DNA of 64,000 nucleotides from the human T2T-CHM13v2.0 reference genome, Homo sapiens. Shown here piece after piece: positions 38,734-56,050 of the stretch (positions are counted from its first letter, which is position 1; every line of letters starts with the position of its first letter). The stretch is from NCBI RefSeq assembly GCF_009914755.1, contig NC_060934.1; one strand, 5' to 3'. The notes beneath the pieces were generated by a model. That model was not told the origin of the DNA and searched no databases. It saw only the letters and a list, made by a program, of their open reading frames with translations. Made by a program: the position numbers and the translations under genes.

Positions 38734-41460
38734 TACTTGCCCAAAGTCAGTGCTGGTGTCAGCAAGACAACCCAGTACCATCTGGCTCCACACCCACAGT
38801 GTTTCCATCATGTTGGCTGACCTTCTCCTTGTCAACCTTTCTGGCTTCTCTTACACAATGCATATCCACAAATAGGGGAGGACTGAAAGGGGGTGATTTT
38901 AGCTCCATTTTACATATGAGGAATTAAGTATAGACAGACCCCAAAGAAAGAAAATGACAGGGGTGAGCAAGCATAGTCCTGAAACAAATGCAGACCTTGT
39001 TTATCTATTAGAAATATTATGAAAATATAATTCAGAAAAAAAGATATTGCCCCCGTCTATACTACAGCCTGCTCTATTCACATCTTCTGAAGTGAGACAA
39101 AAGCCTTTAAAGATATAATTTTCCAGCTGTTGATGCTCAGCTCTGTTTTAGAATACGTAAAAACTTATTGTTTGAAAGCTTAACAACCCTTTTCTAATGA
39201 GGCAGAGAAACAGTGCAGTTCCATTAACATACACACTGGTAAGTATATTTCAAGCAAGGGAAAACTCACTGTATGTATATAAATAGTGAATTAAGTACCC
39301 ATTATTTATTCTCATTAAGACACATAACAAACATTTTCATAATTCTACTAAGAATTATGTAGCAGTTGCTTGTTAATTTTTGTTTATATTTTTATTGAGC
39401 TCTTTGGAACTCAAAATACTATTGTTTTGCTGAATCATTTATAATACTGCTAGAAATTATACTTTATGATGTCTTTTGGGGATGGAGGATCCATTTTTGC
39501 ATATCCTGTTATCTTTTCTGATTCTCCAGGAAGCAAATAATTTAATGCAATACTTCAGTTTCAGAATAAATTACTTTGGATACCTTGAAATTCTCTCTTC
39601 TCTCTTTCCTTCTCCAGAAAAAAAAAATAGAAAAGCAAGCCATAAATTGCCATAATAATTGTCAGTTTTGATAGCCAGTTATAAATTATGTTAGTGCTAT
39701 ATTAATTAAAATTTTTTTCAAGAGATATTAAATACAGATAAACTGCATATTGCTTAGAAAAAAAAAGAAACAAAAAATTAAAATATTGCAGAGAAATCTC
39801 TTAGAAACCAATTCATTTAAGCCCTAGAATTAAATCCAGAGAATGTATAAGCTCTTAAATGTTCACGATCACTCCACTATGGCAGCCACTGTGTAAGTTT
39901 ACCAAAATTATTTACAAGAAAATGAGCTGTTACCTCAGAAAAGGGGAAAAACTTGTCTCAAAATCCTTTATATTTGTCCAAATTTTTACACTTACTAGGC
40001 TCCAAGCAAGCATTAAGGGCAGAAGGAGGGGAGAAGAATCCTAATAAATAACATATGGGGGAAGAATCTCTTTATCTCAATTTACATTACAATGAGTATT
40101 GACAACCATAAGCAAAGTGACCAAATCACCAATCACTGGGATCTATTGGAATGCACCTTAATCTTATTTAGATTTACCAACCCATTCTGTAGTAATTGAA
40201 CATGTCACAAAATAATGCCTTCCTTACTGTAGTATGAAATTAGTAATGACTGTAAATAAGGAACAATCAAATTCACCTATTTTAACAGTGAACTGTCACT
40301 ATGTTGTTTTTAATCTATATGTACAAAATAATTCGTCATTTATATAGCACCCAATCCCTTGAATATGTCAACACATTAATCTGGCTTTCTGTCTCCTGCA
40401 AGTTCTCAATCATCTTTACATGAACAAACAGTCACATTGTAAGGCAAGCAAACATCCTAATATACTCCTGCTATTATTGTTCCTTGGAAAAGATCCAGAG
40501 CCTCAATAAGGCAGTGATTGGAAATGCACAAAGTATTTTAATATCCTAATTATTTTGATTTAACTTCCTCTAATAGTTTGAATTGATACTGAATTTATTT
40601 AGAACCCATTAGAGGTTGTTTTTTTAATTCAACAGATTATAAACACAGGCTGAACTTAATCTCAAGACAAAATTAATTATTCATGCTTCAAATTGCCAAT
40701 ACACTTCCAAAAACCTGCCACCCCCTTCTACATTCAGGCTTTTATTTTAATTCCCTTTCCATTTTAGGAAAGTAATTACTGGCAATGTGTATGTCATTCT
40801 GAAGAGCAGTGAGACCTTCTACCCACTGATCCAAACACAAAACAGACACTCAGAGCTACAGGGAGAGAAGCTGGTGGGCATCATCAATGCAATATCACCA
40901 CCACAGGCTACCATTCCCTTGCAGCTGAGCTACCAGGATGAAAAGGACAGAAAGTCACAAGAACTCTCTCTTGCATTCATGACAAGAGAACCAATCACTA
41001 AATTGTCTCCCACACACACAGAAAACTCAAGGCTGTCTTCAAAGAACACAATGCACTTCTTTGAAAGTTAACACTTGCCGTTTTAGTCATTTTACCGAGT
41101 GTAAATTGTTGTTTTCGAAAGGAATGGGTTTTTGACCAAATGGAAACATTACATATTCGAACTTGTTAGTAACCCACTGTGGCAACGCAAGACCTTTTAA
41201 TTCTTAGGTTCCCAAATCTGAGTAGGGTTAGAGAATAACAGTGATGATTAATCAAAAACCTACCAATGCAACAAATGGTGCTAAGCATGTCACACGTATT
41301 AATCCAGTTCAAGTTTCAGAGAGGCTTATAAGTTCTATCTTAATTAATTTTACAAATTAAAAAACAAATACAAAAATTAGAAAGATGAAGCAATTTGCCC
41401 CAAATCCTGGAGATGGTAATAACAGAGGCAGGTCTGTATACCATCCCTGACCCCCACCCC

Positions 41461-41461
41461 T

Positions 41462-41492
<31 letters not shown>

Positions 41493-41783
41493 TTTTGAGA
41501 TAGACTCTCACTCTGGCTTCCAGACTGGAGTGCAGGCAGTGGCGCGATCTTGGCTCACTGCAGCCTCCACCTCCTGGGTTCAAGTGATTCTCCTGCCTCA
41601 GCCTCCTGAGGAGCTGGCACAATAGACACACACCACCACGCCCAGCTAATTTTTGTATTTTTAGTAGAGATGGGGGGAGGTTCTACCACGTTGGCCAGGC
41701 TGGTCTCGAACTCCTGACCTCAAGTGATCTGCCTGCCCTAGCCTCCCAAAGTGCTGGGATTACAGGCATGAGCCACCACACCC
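41461..41783 (-). mobile_element. AluS with (TTTA)n tail, nested in a MIR
   Basis: Dimer on the minus strand; MIR-like sequence at about 41270-41440 and 41790-41830. Confidence 0.92.
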
Positions 41784-42374
41784 ATTCTGCTCTGTTTACC
41801 TCTTAACCTAAGGTGCTTAACCACCATGATGCTGCCACTCAGCACCAGTGGCATCTGTATATTTATTCGTTCAACACATAAATCAGAACATTGTTGCATA
41901 GGGCCTTGGTTTGTGTTTGAGGCTGTGAAAAATACTAAGATGGTTAAGACATGATCCAAATACTCAAGAAACTTCTAATGTAAGAGGATAGATATACTTC
42001 ACAAATAAGCATTTTGATTATAAAGAATGAAAGCAGCAATTATGACAAAAATTTAATTTTCCTTCAATAAGAGATGCCGAAGAATGTATTAAATAGATGG
42101 GAATAAAATAACAAGGGTGAATACCTTCTAGGTCAATCAGGTAGAATCTGGAAGACCTGCAGTGCAGGTTAGATCTATCACTAAGTTCAGCATTGCCTTG
42201 GGAAAATCTTTGACTGTCTTGTCCCAGATCCCCCATCTGTGAAGAGGAGGATAGATTACCAAATCAAATATAAAAATAAAATATACCAAAAGTCAATAGA
42301 AAATAATACAGCACTATTTAAATATAAGATGATATTTTCTCTAGTTTCAGCTGTGTAACTCATTTCATCTCTGT

Positions 42375-42437
42375 CTTCTGACGTCAGGTGACCCACCTGC
42401 CTCGGCCTCCCAAAGTGCTGGGATTACAGGCCTGAGC
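42375..42437 (-). mobile_element. Isolated ~60-bp Alu left-arm fragment
   Basis: CTGACGTCAGGTGACCCACCTGCCTCGGCCTCCCAAAGTGCTGGGATTACAGGCCTGAGC with no tail and no rest of the element. Confidence 0.9.
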
Positions 42438-42979
42438 TTTGTCTTTTTCTTCTCTCCCGGCTGATTTTCCTAAGGTGGGAAGGTTTGATTAGTGATGTTA
42501 CCCAGAACCTTGGGCAGAGCAAATTATGAGACAAAAAACAAATGAGAAAATGGTTCAAGAGGTTTCCCTTTCTTTCATTTTAGTTGAAGGGGCAGAAGCT
42601 CCATAAGTCATCTATCCCAGTAAGGGATGTAATTTATTTCTCCGGTTGCAGGACACAGTATTCCAAACAACTACTGTTAGGTCCTTCTGTGTCATCCTAC
42701 CAGCCTACCAATTAATAATCTCAGTAGATATAATGGCCAAATACGACAAGTTTCTAAACCATAGAGTACTCTGCTCCTTCTCCTTACTCCCTCCAGTGAT
42801 TTGCCCTTCTTTTTCATACTATCTACTCAAACTGCAAATAATCTGTTTCACTTCCATACCCTCAATAAGGACTTCCTTGGTGAAAGTTTGGCTGTTTAAT
42901 GAAAATCCCTGAAACTGACTTCTGGCTTCAATACTTCATAGCTGTATGAGTTTGAACTAGTTACTTAAAATTTACCAAG

Positions 42980-43285
42980 GGTTTGGGCGCAGTGGCTCAT
43001 ATCTGTAATCCCAGCATTTTGGGAGGCCAACATAGGAGGATCACTGGAGCCCAGGCGTTCAAGACCAGCCTGGGCAACACTGCAAAACCCCGTCTCTACA
43101 AAAAATAAAAAAAATTAGTAGTGGTGTGCGCCTGTCCCAGCTATTCCAGAAGCTCAGGTGGGAGGATCGCTTGAGCCTGGGAGAACGAGGCTGCCATGAG
43201 CCATGATAGTCCCATTGTACTCCAGCCTGGGCAAAAAAGCAAGACCCTGTTTCAAAAAAGAAAACAAACATAGAAACAAACCGCA
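42980..43285 (+). mobile_element. AluJ nested in a MIR
   Basis: GGAGGATCACTGGAGCCCAGG AluJ-type; TSD-like AA(A/G)TTTAC(C/T)AAGG. Confidence 0.92.
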
Positions 43286-43969
43286 AAAGTTTACTAAGGT
43301 TTAGCCTACTGTAGGAATTTAAATAAGCTAATGGACATAAAACATTCAGCACAGTGCTTGGCACATAATAAGTGAAAGAGAAATATTAACTTGTGCTACA
43401 ATTCATAATCCCCAAAGCCTTAATAAACTCTTTCTCTTCAATGTAGAAATTTTACAACATTTTTTTTCTGTGCCGCTCATTTGGTCATTAACATAAACTT
43501 TTTTTGTTTTGGTGACCCCCTCTTTTAGAATTTTTTAAGTGTGGCTTTCTAATTCACTTTTGGGGAAAAGAATTCATGAGCTATTTGTTTCTGCATTTTC
43601 CATAGCATCTAGCAGAATGCATTGATATGATGGGCACTCAGTCATATCTGTTGTGTGAAAAAATGAATAAAATGGGTGACTCACTTGGCTCCTGGAGTGT
43701 GGCCTCTGGATATTTCACTTGTTTGTTCCTCTGCCCTGACAAGAGTCTGATATTTGCATTATCTCCCAGTCTGTGAACAGCTCCTGCCTTTTTCATACTC
43801 TGCTGCATATTCTAGGCAGCCAGCTTTCAGCTCTGCACTCCACTGTGGCTTATTAAGAAAGAATAAAACTCACACTGGCAGTGCTGAAGGCAGTTAGACT
43901 CCAGGGCACCCAAGCAGAGTAGGAGTCTGAATATTTTGTTAATGGACAAGAAAACACATTAAAAATTCA

Positions 43970-44312
<343 letters not shown>

Positions 44313-45145
44313 TCAAGACATTCTTTCCAGAGAGAACAAAGGTGAGTCTTCACTTGAAAACAGACCCCATGCCTACTACCTGAGACAGAGGAGTGTCACC
44401 GAAAATGTCTGGGCCTAAAAGTGAAAACAGGAAGGATCAGATTCCTATCAGTCACTCTCTATGTCAGTTTGGGTAAGCAACTTGCCTATGAACCTCAGTT
44501 TCCCTTGTGCAAAAGAGAAGGAACCAGATGTCTTCTCACATTCTTTCAAAATGTACAATTATATGAATATAAAATGTGTCATACATGGAATGAGACACAG
44601 CATGGTAAACCAGAACAGCATGAAGGAGTTTGGTTAAAAATAGGAGAAGCATGTCGATGTCCAATTCAAGAAAGTTGAAGCCCCATTTTAGTGGATCAGG
44701 CACATATAATTCAGCCAACATTTGACATTATTCAAGATAATCACTTGATTTGGAGTCAGACTATAGACAATAGAGGGAAAGAAGTTAGGTGCCATGTGAT
44801 ACAACTCAGAACCCCTCCTAGAGCAGTGCTCAACATAAATAAAAAACAAGTTATCTTATGCTCTTGATATTTTAAAATGAGTTTGCCTTAAAGTACATGT
44901 TGTTATGAAGGAAAGCACACACTTTATTTATTTAATTGCATCTTTTAAGAAGTGTGACCTGAGTGACAGAGACACTGTACAATGTGTCCTTACGAGTTCT
45001 TGGAGAGAACAGGTTATGAAAACAGGTGAGGTTTTTTAGTTTGTTTTTTTTCATCTTTTCTGTTCCAAGGGAATGTTAATTCAAGGACAGGTGTCTGAAT
45101 TTAAGGAATTCCTTGTCCTGCAATTCTTAAGAAATGCAGATTAGA

Positions 45146-45281
45146 GACCAAGTTCAGTGGCTCATGCCTGGAATCCCGGCACTTTGGAAGGTGGAGGCAA
45201 GCAGATCACTTGAGCCCAGAGTTCGAGACCAGCCTGGATAACATAGAGAGACTCCATCTCAGTGGAAAACAAACAAACAAA
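45146..45281 (+). mobile_element. FLAM / left Alu monomer
   Basis: Single monomer with (AAAC)n tail and TSD AAGAA(A)TGCAGATTAGA. Confidence 0.85.
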
Positions 45282-45351
45282 AAGAATGCAGATTAGAAAA
45301 AAATCTAAAAATTTCCTACAATCACCCCATGTCCCTCTGACACCTATATCC

Positions 45352-45352
<1 letters not shown>

Positions 45353-45402
<50 letters not shown>

Positions 45403-45420
45403 GAGAAAGAGAGAGAGAGA
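45353..45420. repeat. (CA)n(GA)n compound microsatellite
   Basis: Read directly from the sequence. Confidence 0.95.
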
Positions 45421-47128
45421 TCCAGTATCAGTGTCTCTCCCAGAGGAGACACTATGGGTAAAGGGGAGAAGAACAGAAGGTGGTGGAAGAAGTTGTGTGC
45501 CATTTCTAACTATTTTCCAACAACCCGCAAATGTTCCAAGTTGCTTGGCAAGCATGCTACACATAAAATTAAATCCGAAGTGCTAATTTGGCACAATTTT
45601 TTATTCATAACATCAATTCTCAACATTAATTTTGACTTTTTTTTAAAAGATTTCCAACTGGCAGTGAAAAATTACTTGGCAAAGTAGTATTTGGTGAGAA
45701 ATATGATGGCGTCCCTGCTTCTGGCTACAGGTGACTAGTGTTCTTTGCCCCTGCTTGGTAGATGGGTGCTATTTCCTTCCTGGGCCTAGTAGCCAGTTTT
45801 TACTCCAACTCTGTGCTATTGACTCTGGAGAGCTAAATGGAACTTATTTCCCCACTCATGACTTGGTTTGTAAGCTCATAAATCACAGCAAACTCTCTGA
45901 AATCCATTCGCTCAAGCCTCCTCTTGATAAACCAGAGGTAGACACCTGCTAGAGGTCAGGAGACTGGCTCAGAGATCTGGGCTCTATACCTACGTACTCT
46001 GTTAGGGTCACTAGTAAGTCATTTCCATCATTAAAACAATGGCCAGTTGGAACATTTGCCATTGGAGGTATATGTTTGTGCATGTCTATTGCCATAACCA
46101 GGAAGGAGGTGAGGGTTGTTTGTGCCTGCAACTGAGAGAGAGGAAGCGAGGTGCAGGGTGGCTATATAACATGCCATTGAAAATCAGAGTGCTTAAGTTT
46201 AGGTAATAAATCTTACTAGCCTGTGTCTTAAAGTTGTTTTCTCCACCCACAAAATTCAGGCATTTCCATATCACCCTTGTGATTTTTGCCACATCTGTGT
46301 GCTCATATATTAATGAAAATTTTTATTTACCTTGCTTTATTTTCAAGCCAATATCCATCTCAAAGCTTGTCTTAAAAATATAATCCATAAAACTGTAGGA
46401 TTTATTTTCTGCTCATGTAGTTTATAATGCATAGTAAAATAAACACAGAAAGTATTAAAAGTTTTAAAAAAGTATCTGTGTAGCATCTGAAAAAGTGTTT
46501 TCATCGTCAGTAAATTGTATAACACACCTAAAAATACTGCTCTATAAGATTCACCATCACTGATATTAAAGGTCAGCGCACTCGTGCAAAAAAAAACAAT
46601 TTCTTGATGAGAATGTTTTTGCCTATTGTACTTTTCAGATAAAACCAAGCACAGCTGGGGTATGTTACAGAATTCAGGCTTGGAAGGGACCACCAAAAAC
46701 CTAAAGTCTACTTGGGAAACCACCTCCATGTATATGAGATAACCAGAGTACATTAGTTAATCCAAAAGAAAATGCTTTATGATTGGAAAGACAATATAAT
46801 ATACAACACAGAGCAATGCTATGAATTAATGGTTTTAGACTATTGAGAGAACAAAGCTCAACCAAAGTCCTTTTCCCTTTGAGAAAGAGAGATAAACCTA
46901 AATTTATCAATAATCCCGCAAAAAATCTTGGACCAAAATTAACCGTGAAGAACTCCTTAGTAAACCACACTCTATTTAATACATTTAGTTAATTATAAAA
47001 TTTATCACTTAAAGTGATAAAGGTAAACTTTGGTTTACCATCATAGACTTTTTTCAGAGTTAAAGGTACAGCAGAAAGGATCAGGCTCTGATGCTGTACT
47101 TGGATGTCAGATGTAAGTATTAAGAACT

Positions 47129-47430
47129 GGCCGGGCCTGGTGGCTGATGCCTGTAATCCCAGCACTTTGGGAGGCCGAGGTGGGCGGATCACGAGGTCAG
47201 GAGATTGAGACCATCCTGGCTAACAAGGTGAAACCCCATCTCTACTAAAAATACAGAAAATTAGCCGGGCATGGTGGCGGGCACCTGTAGTCCCAGCTAC
47301 TCGGGAGGCTGAGGCAGGAGAATCGCTTGAACCCAGGAAGTTAGAGGCTGCAGTGAGCCAAGATCGTGCCACTGCACTCCAGCCTGGGCGACAGTGTGAG
47401 ACTCTGTCTCAAAAAAACAAAAAAGAAAAA
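47129..47430 (+). mobile_element. AluSc-like
   Basis: GATCACGAGGTCAGGAGAT-GAGACCATCCTGGCTAAC together with GAATCGCTTGAA; short TSD AAGAACT. Confidence 0.93.
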
Positions 47431-47799
47431 AAGAACTGTGGCTGTCTGGGTAAGTAGGAGCTCCTGAGCTCAGTGATTTGCCTCGCTAATTGTACAGGGC
47501 ATGGAGGGAGACCAAAGTCCTGGGCAGGCAAGCAGGTACCTTGATCATGCCCTGTGGGCCCATATCATAACTAGCCTTACCTATTAATATAAATGGCAGC
47601 TTTATCAAAAGCAGAACAGAGAGTAAAATGTAGATAGCTCAGCCCAATTTAACTTTAATCCTAGGAAAAGTTAGAACTCTTGCTTTAAGATCAGACTTAA
47701 AGTAAAGTGAAGAAATTTTGCTCCTGAAAGACATATGTCCACTAGGACATATTACAAATTTTACTACAAAGATGTGAATGGGCTTTGGCTGCATTCATA

Positions 47800-50880
<3,081 letters not shown>

Positions 50881-52314
50881 GGAAGGAAACCCCATACTTT
50901 CCATATGTATTTTAAATTTTTATAAAGTATACTATGATTGAGCATTTTCACAAGACACTTTGAATTTTCAACTTTCTGAATCTCATATAAAATACTGAAT
51001 TTTGTATTTCTGTCATGCCAAATAGCTAATAAATCATAGTCTTTCTCTTTTTAGTAGAGCAATTCCATTGCAGGAAAGAACAAAGAAGACTTTAAAGTTA
51101 ATCCTTGCATGATATCTGAACAACCTACAACATGTTTCTGCTTCATTGGTAGCTTATATTTGAATGCCTCCCAGAAGAAATCCCATCCCATGATAGAACA
51201 CTCAATTACGAAGTGCCTTCTTAAATTGGCCTAAATTCTTTCCTCTTATACTTTCTAATATCTGGCCCTTATGTTAGCCATTGGAATCATTCAGAATTTA
51301 ATTTTTTACATCATTCGCATCTGATTTGTATTCAAATCAGAAGTGAAGTAGTGTATACAGAATGATGTATGAGTACGGCCCTCAAGTTCCCTAGCCATTC
51401 TCTAGTCCAAATTAAGCATTTCCTGGTCCTTCAATTATTTCTCCTATGACATGACTTAGTTCATTCCAGACCACTTTGGCTGCTCTGTTTTAGACACACC
51501 TTGTGGAAATTATCAATGGCTCCATTTGTTTAAATACCATGCATACTACTCACAGTCAACAAGCATATGTACAGGCAGCCCATAGCAAACAAAAAGCATG
51601 TCTTTCCCATGTATCCAAATTTGGTATACATTTTCTCACTCTCCCAAATCAGGATCTATGTAGAGCTCATTTTATTAGCTCCAAAAAATTATTGGCATGG
51701 GACAAATTATTGGGAACCTCTAGGTTCCCAAGACTGTTGAATCTTCAAACATTAAAATGGGAAGGGAGTGAGGCAAATTATTCACATGGCGTAAACTCAG
51801 TGGAAACCTAACATAGTTCAGGTCGCAGATGGGAATTATTCTTGCTGAGTTGTAAATTAGTGACATAGCAGTTAATGTGCACGATTGGCTTTTACTAGAT
51901 CCCTTTACACTCCTTAGAGTAGACAGTGGAAGTTGACAATGCATCTAGAGACAATATGGTCTGTAGTCACTAAATCAGCACCCAGGCTGTGTTGACATGT
52001 GCTTGAGTAGAATAAAACAGTGCTGGATACGGCCTCGTCTCTGGTCTGTGTGGCCTCTCCAAATTCGATCTCTAAACAATCCTTGAGACCCACTGCCCTT
52101 CTTGCATTTTTTTTATCCCCTTTGTCTCTCTTTTTCTTCAACCCTCCCCCACCCAAAATATCTAGGTTCCACATTCTAAAGTTTCTCTTCTATTTTATAT
52201 TCTTTCAAAAATCTCTTATCTATGCTAAGTTATTCTTATTTCCTTGAGTACTCTTTTTGTTTTAATTTCTGCTTTGCCATCTTATAATGGTGAAGGATGA
52301 TTTGCTATTGACTG

Positions 52315-52998
52315 AGGCATGCTCAACATGACTAATCATTAGGGAAATGCAAATGAAAACTACAGTGAATTATCACTTCACGCTTCTCAGGATGACCACT
52401 ATAAAAACAAACAAACAAAAAAAACCCCCCACAAACTGCCGGTCATGGTAGCTCACATTTGTAATCTCAGCACTTTGGGAGGCTGAGGCAAGGAGGATTA
52501 TCTGAGCTCAGGCATTTGATACCAGCCTGGGCAACATGGCGAAATCCCATCTCTACAAAATTTAGCCTGGCATGGTGATTCATACCTGTGATCCTGTCTA
52601 CTCAGGAGGCTAAGGCAAGAGGATCACCTGAGCCCAGGAGGTGAAGACTGCAGTGAGCAGTGATTACACTGCAGCACTCCAGGCTGGGTGGCAGAGCAAA
52701 ACCTTGTCTCAGCAAACAAACAACAATAACAACAACAGAAAATAAGAAGTGTTCACAAACATGTGGAGAAATTGTAAGACTTGTGCACTGTTTGTGGGAA
52801 TACAATGCAGATGTGTTCAGCCACTATGGAAAAGAGTATGGAGACTGCTGAGAAAAGTAAAAATAGAATTACCATATGATCTAGTAATGATCTGTTGCAC
52901 AATGACGTGCATTTGGTTAATGCTACAGTACTGTATACTTAAAAATGGCTAAGATGGTAAATCTTATGTTGTGTACTTCCTACCACAATAAAAAAAAT
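52315..52998 (+). mobile_element. L1MB/MA 3' end with an internal deletion, split by an AluJ
   Basis: TGCTCAACATGACTAATCATTAGGGAAATGCAAAT...ATAGAATTACCATATGATC, then a jump to the 3'UTR end ACTTAAAAATGGCTAAGATGGTAAAT...ACCACAATAAAAAAAA. Confidence 0.8.
52437..52735 (+). mobile_element. AluJ inside the L1
   Basis: GAGGATCACCTGAGCCCAGGAGG AluJ-type; (AAC)n tail. Confidence 0.9.
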
Positions 52999-53026
52999 AC
53001 AGTGGATACATGTAGTAAGGGCATTT

Positions 53027-54112
<1,086 letters not shown>

Positions 54113-54196
54113 AGAAAAGAAAACAAAAGAAAAGAAAAGAAAAGAGAGAGAGAGGAAGGAAGGAAGGAAGGAAGGAAGGAAGGAAGGAAGGAAGGA

Positions 54197-54254
<58 letters not shown>
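54113..54254. repeat. Compound microsatellite (GAAAA)n(GA)n(GGAA)n(GGCA)n at the pseudogene tail
   Basis: Read directly from the sequence. Confidence 0.95.
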
Positions 54255-55057
54255 TTGAAACAGTAAGCAAAATTGACGGTCTTTCCTAGAGCTCATGTGG
54301 ATGTTTTAATTCTATTGATGCCAGTGCTAGATTTTCCCATCAATGAATATGTCTTAAATAAAATCTTTTTTTCAGAGTGGGAGGCAGAGGGAATAAAAAG
54401 AGGGGGTTATAGTAACCATGATAGGGGCTCTAGAAATGAGGCTACAATTTAGCCATCAAACTAAGGCAGCTAGGTTTGCAGAACCAAAAATGCAAGTTGT
54501 ACTATTGCAACTACAGTAGCCAGTGCTTTAGAAGTTTGAACATTAGATTAAAATCAACACCTTGACTTGAACTTGGAAGCTGACCAAGAGCCAGTGTAAA
54601 TTAAAAAGCTAATGTCCTGAGCCGGAAGTCACCCAGCTGGCTTCAGAAGAAGCTGCACATTAAATTCAGGCAAAGGAATGCTTCCGTGTTATCCACAAAG
54701 TGAGCTGTACCTTATGAGGTTAATATTGCTGTGACAAGTCTAAAAGTCACTAAGTGTGGCCACAGACACACACACACACACACACATACACACATACATA
54801 CATGGTTCTATAGTCACATGAGAGGATTCTGCGGTTTCTGCCCATATGGCATACATTTCTCCCTCATCTCGTAAGAGCATCTGATTTTTATGTGGGGGAA
54901 TCACAAGTCCTAGTCAAAGTAGTTGGGATGGTGCTGACCCACCCTAAGACTGAGCTAGACAGACAACCTAGGTCTTGTCAGATAATTTCTTCCTGCTGGT
55001 CACAGAGATGGGTTAGCAACTGCACATAATCCAAGCCAGGCTTACTAGTGTTATTTA

Positions 55058-55138
55058 TCACTAGGGTTTAGAGAAAGTCCTTTCTATTTTAGCACAAGTG
55101 ACTAGCAGGACAGGTAGGAAAATGGACAGCCCATTTAG
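55058..55138 (+). repeat. 81-bp dispersed direct repeat (partner 56297-56377)
   Basis: 8 substitutions in 81 bp, no indels (manual alignment). Confidence 0.93.
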
Positions 55139-55829
55139 GAAGGGAATTACTGAGAAAGATACCCTTCTTCTGCTGCAGTTACTAAGCTGAAAGAACTAAG
55201 TTTCTAGAAGCCATTCTAGAGACAAAGAGTGAAACAGAACCGAGGGGTGGAGTTACTTTCCAGACGATACTTTGCAAAATCCTGGATGCAGGTGTGCTCA
55301 TAAAAACCCTTTAGGCCTAAGTCAGTTTGCATTGGTAGTCTATTATTTACAGCAGGAAGAGGCCTGAAAATAACACTGTACCCAGTTAAATGATTCTATA
55401 GACATTTTCTCTTCTTACTATGTCTATATCTGATATTCTCACCTGATCTGTAAGTTCCCTGAGGCCCCTTCGAAGGACTCAATCTCCTTTGTTACTTATC
55501 ATAACACATAGTACTATCCCTGGGACATAATAGATGCTCAATAAATAATTGGTGATTAAGTCCTCTCTTCCTCAACCATCCTCTACTATTTCTGCATTTG
55601 GGACTCCAAGGTTCTAAGTGGAGTATATACTAGTGAGTGTATCCAGTAGTTTATTTGTTTGTTTGTTTCCTTTTTCATGAAACTCAGTGTGTGTTTTTAG
55701 AAAATGCATGAAGTTTTTGTTTTGTATTAAAACCAACCCTCCACTCTCAAACACACACATACACAAGAACAAAAGCAGCCTCTTCAGACATCTCTATATC
55801 TCAGTACGCTCATTAGGAGTGTTTAATTA

Positions 55830-56050
55830 TAAGCTGCTGGAGTTTGAATTACCACTCATTAGCTATGTGACTTGAGTAAAGCATGTCACCTCCCTGTGAC
55901 TTAGTTTTCTTATATGTAAAGTTGATTCGTAACAGACTTCACTTCATCACATTATTGTGATGAAATAATACTTCACATTATTGTGAGTGAAGTCATTAAA
56001 TACATATGAAATATTTAAAACAGTGCACAGAGTAGGTTCTCAACAAATGC
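55830..56050 (+). mobile_element. MIR (another at about 56925-57070; L2 3' end at about 55440-55555)
   Basis: GAGTTTGAAT...AGCTATGTGACTTGAG...CTTAGTTTTCTTATATGTAAA...AGTAGGTTCTCAACAAATG. Confidence 0.7.

Noticed and set aside
45162-45687. 141-aa His/Thr-rich and Cys/Val-rich ORFs
   Set aside because: Artefacts of the (CA)n microsatellite and the FLAM.
51320-51341. 9-bp-stem hairpin TCTGATTTG-TATT-CAAATCAGA (and a 7-bp stem near 32593)
   Set aside because: Short enough to arise by chance in 64 kb of AT-rich DNA; bacterial terminator logic does not apply.
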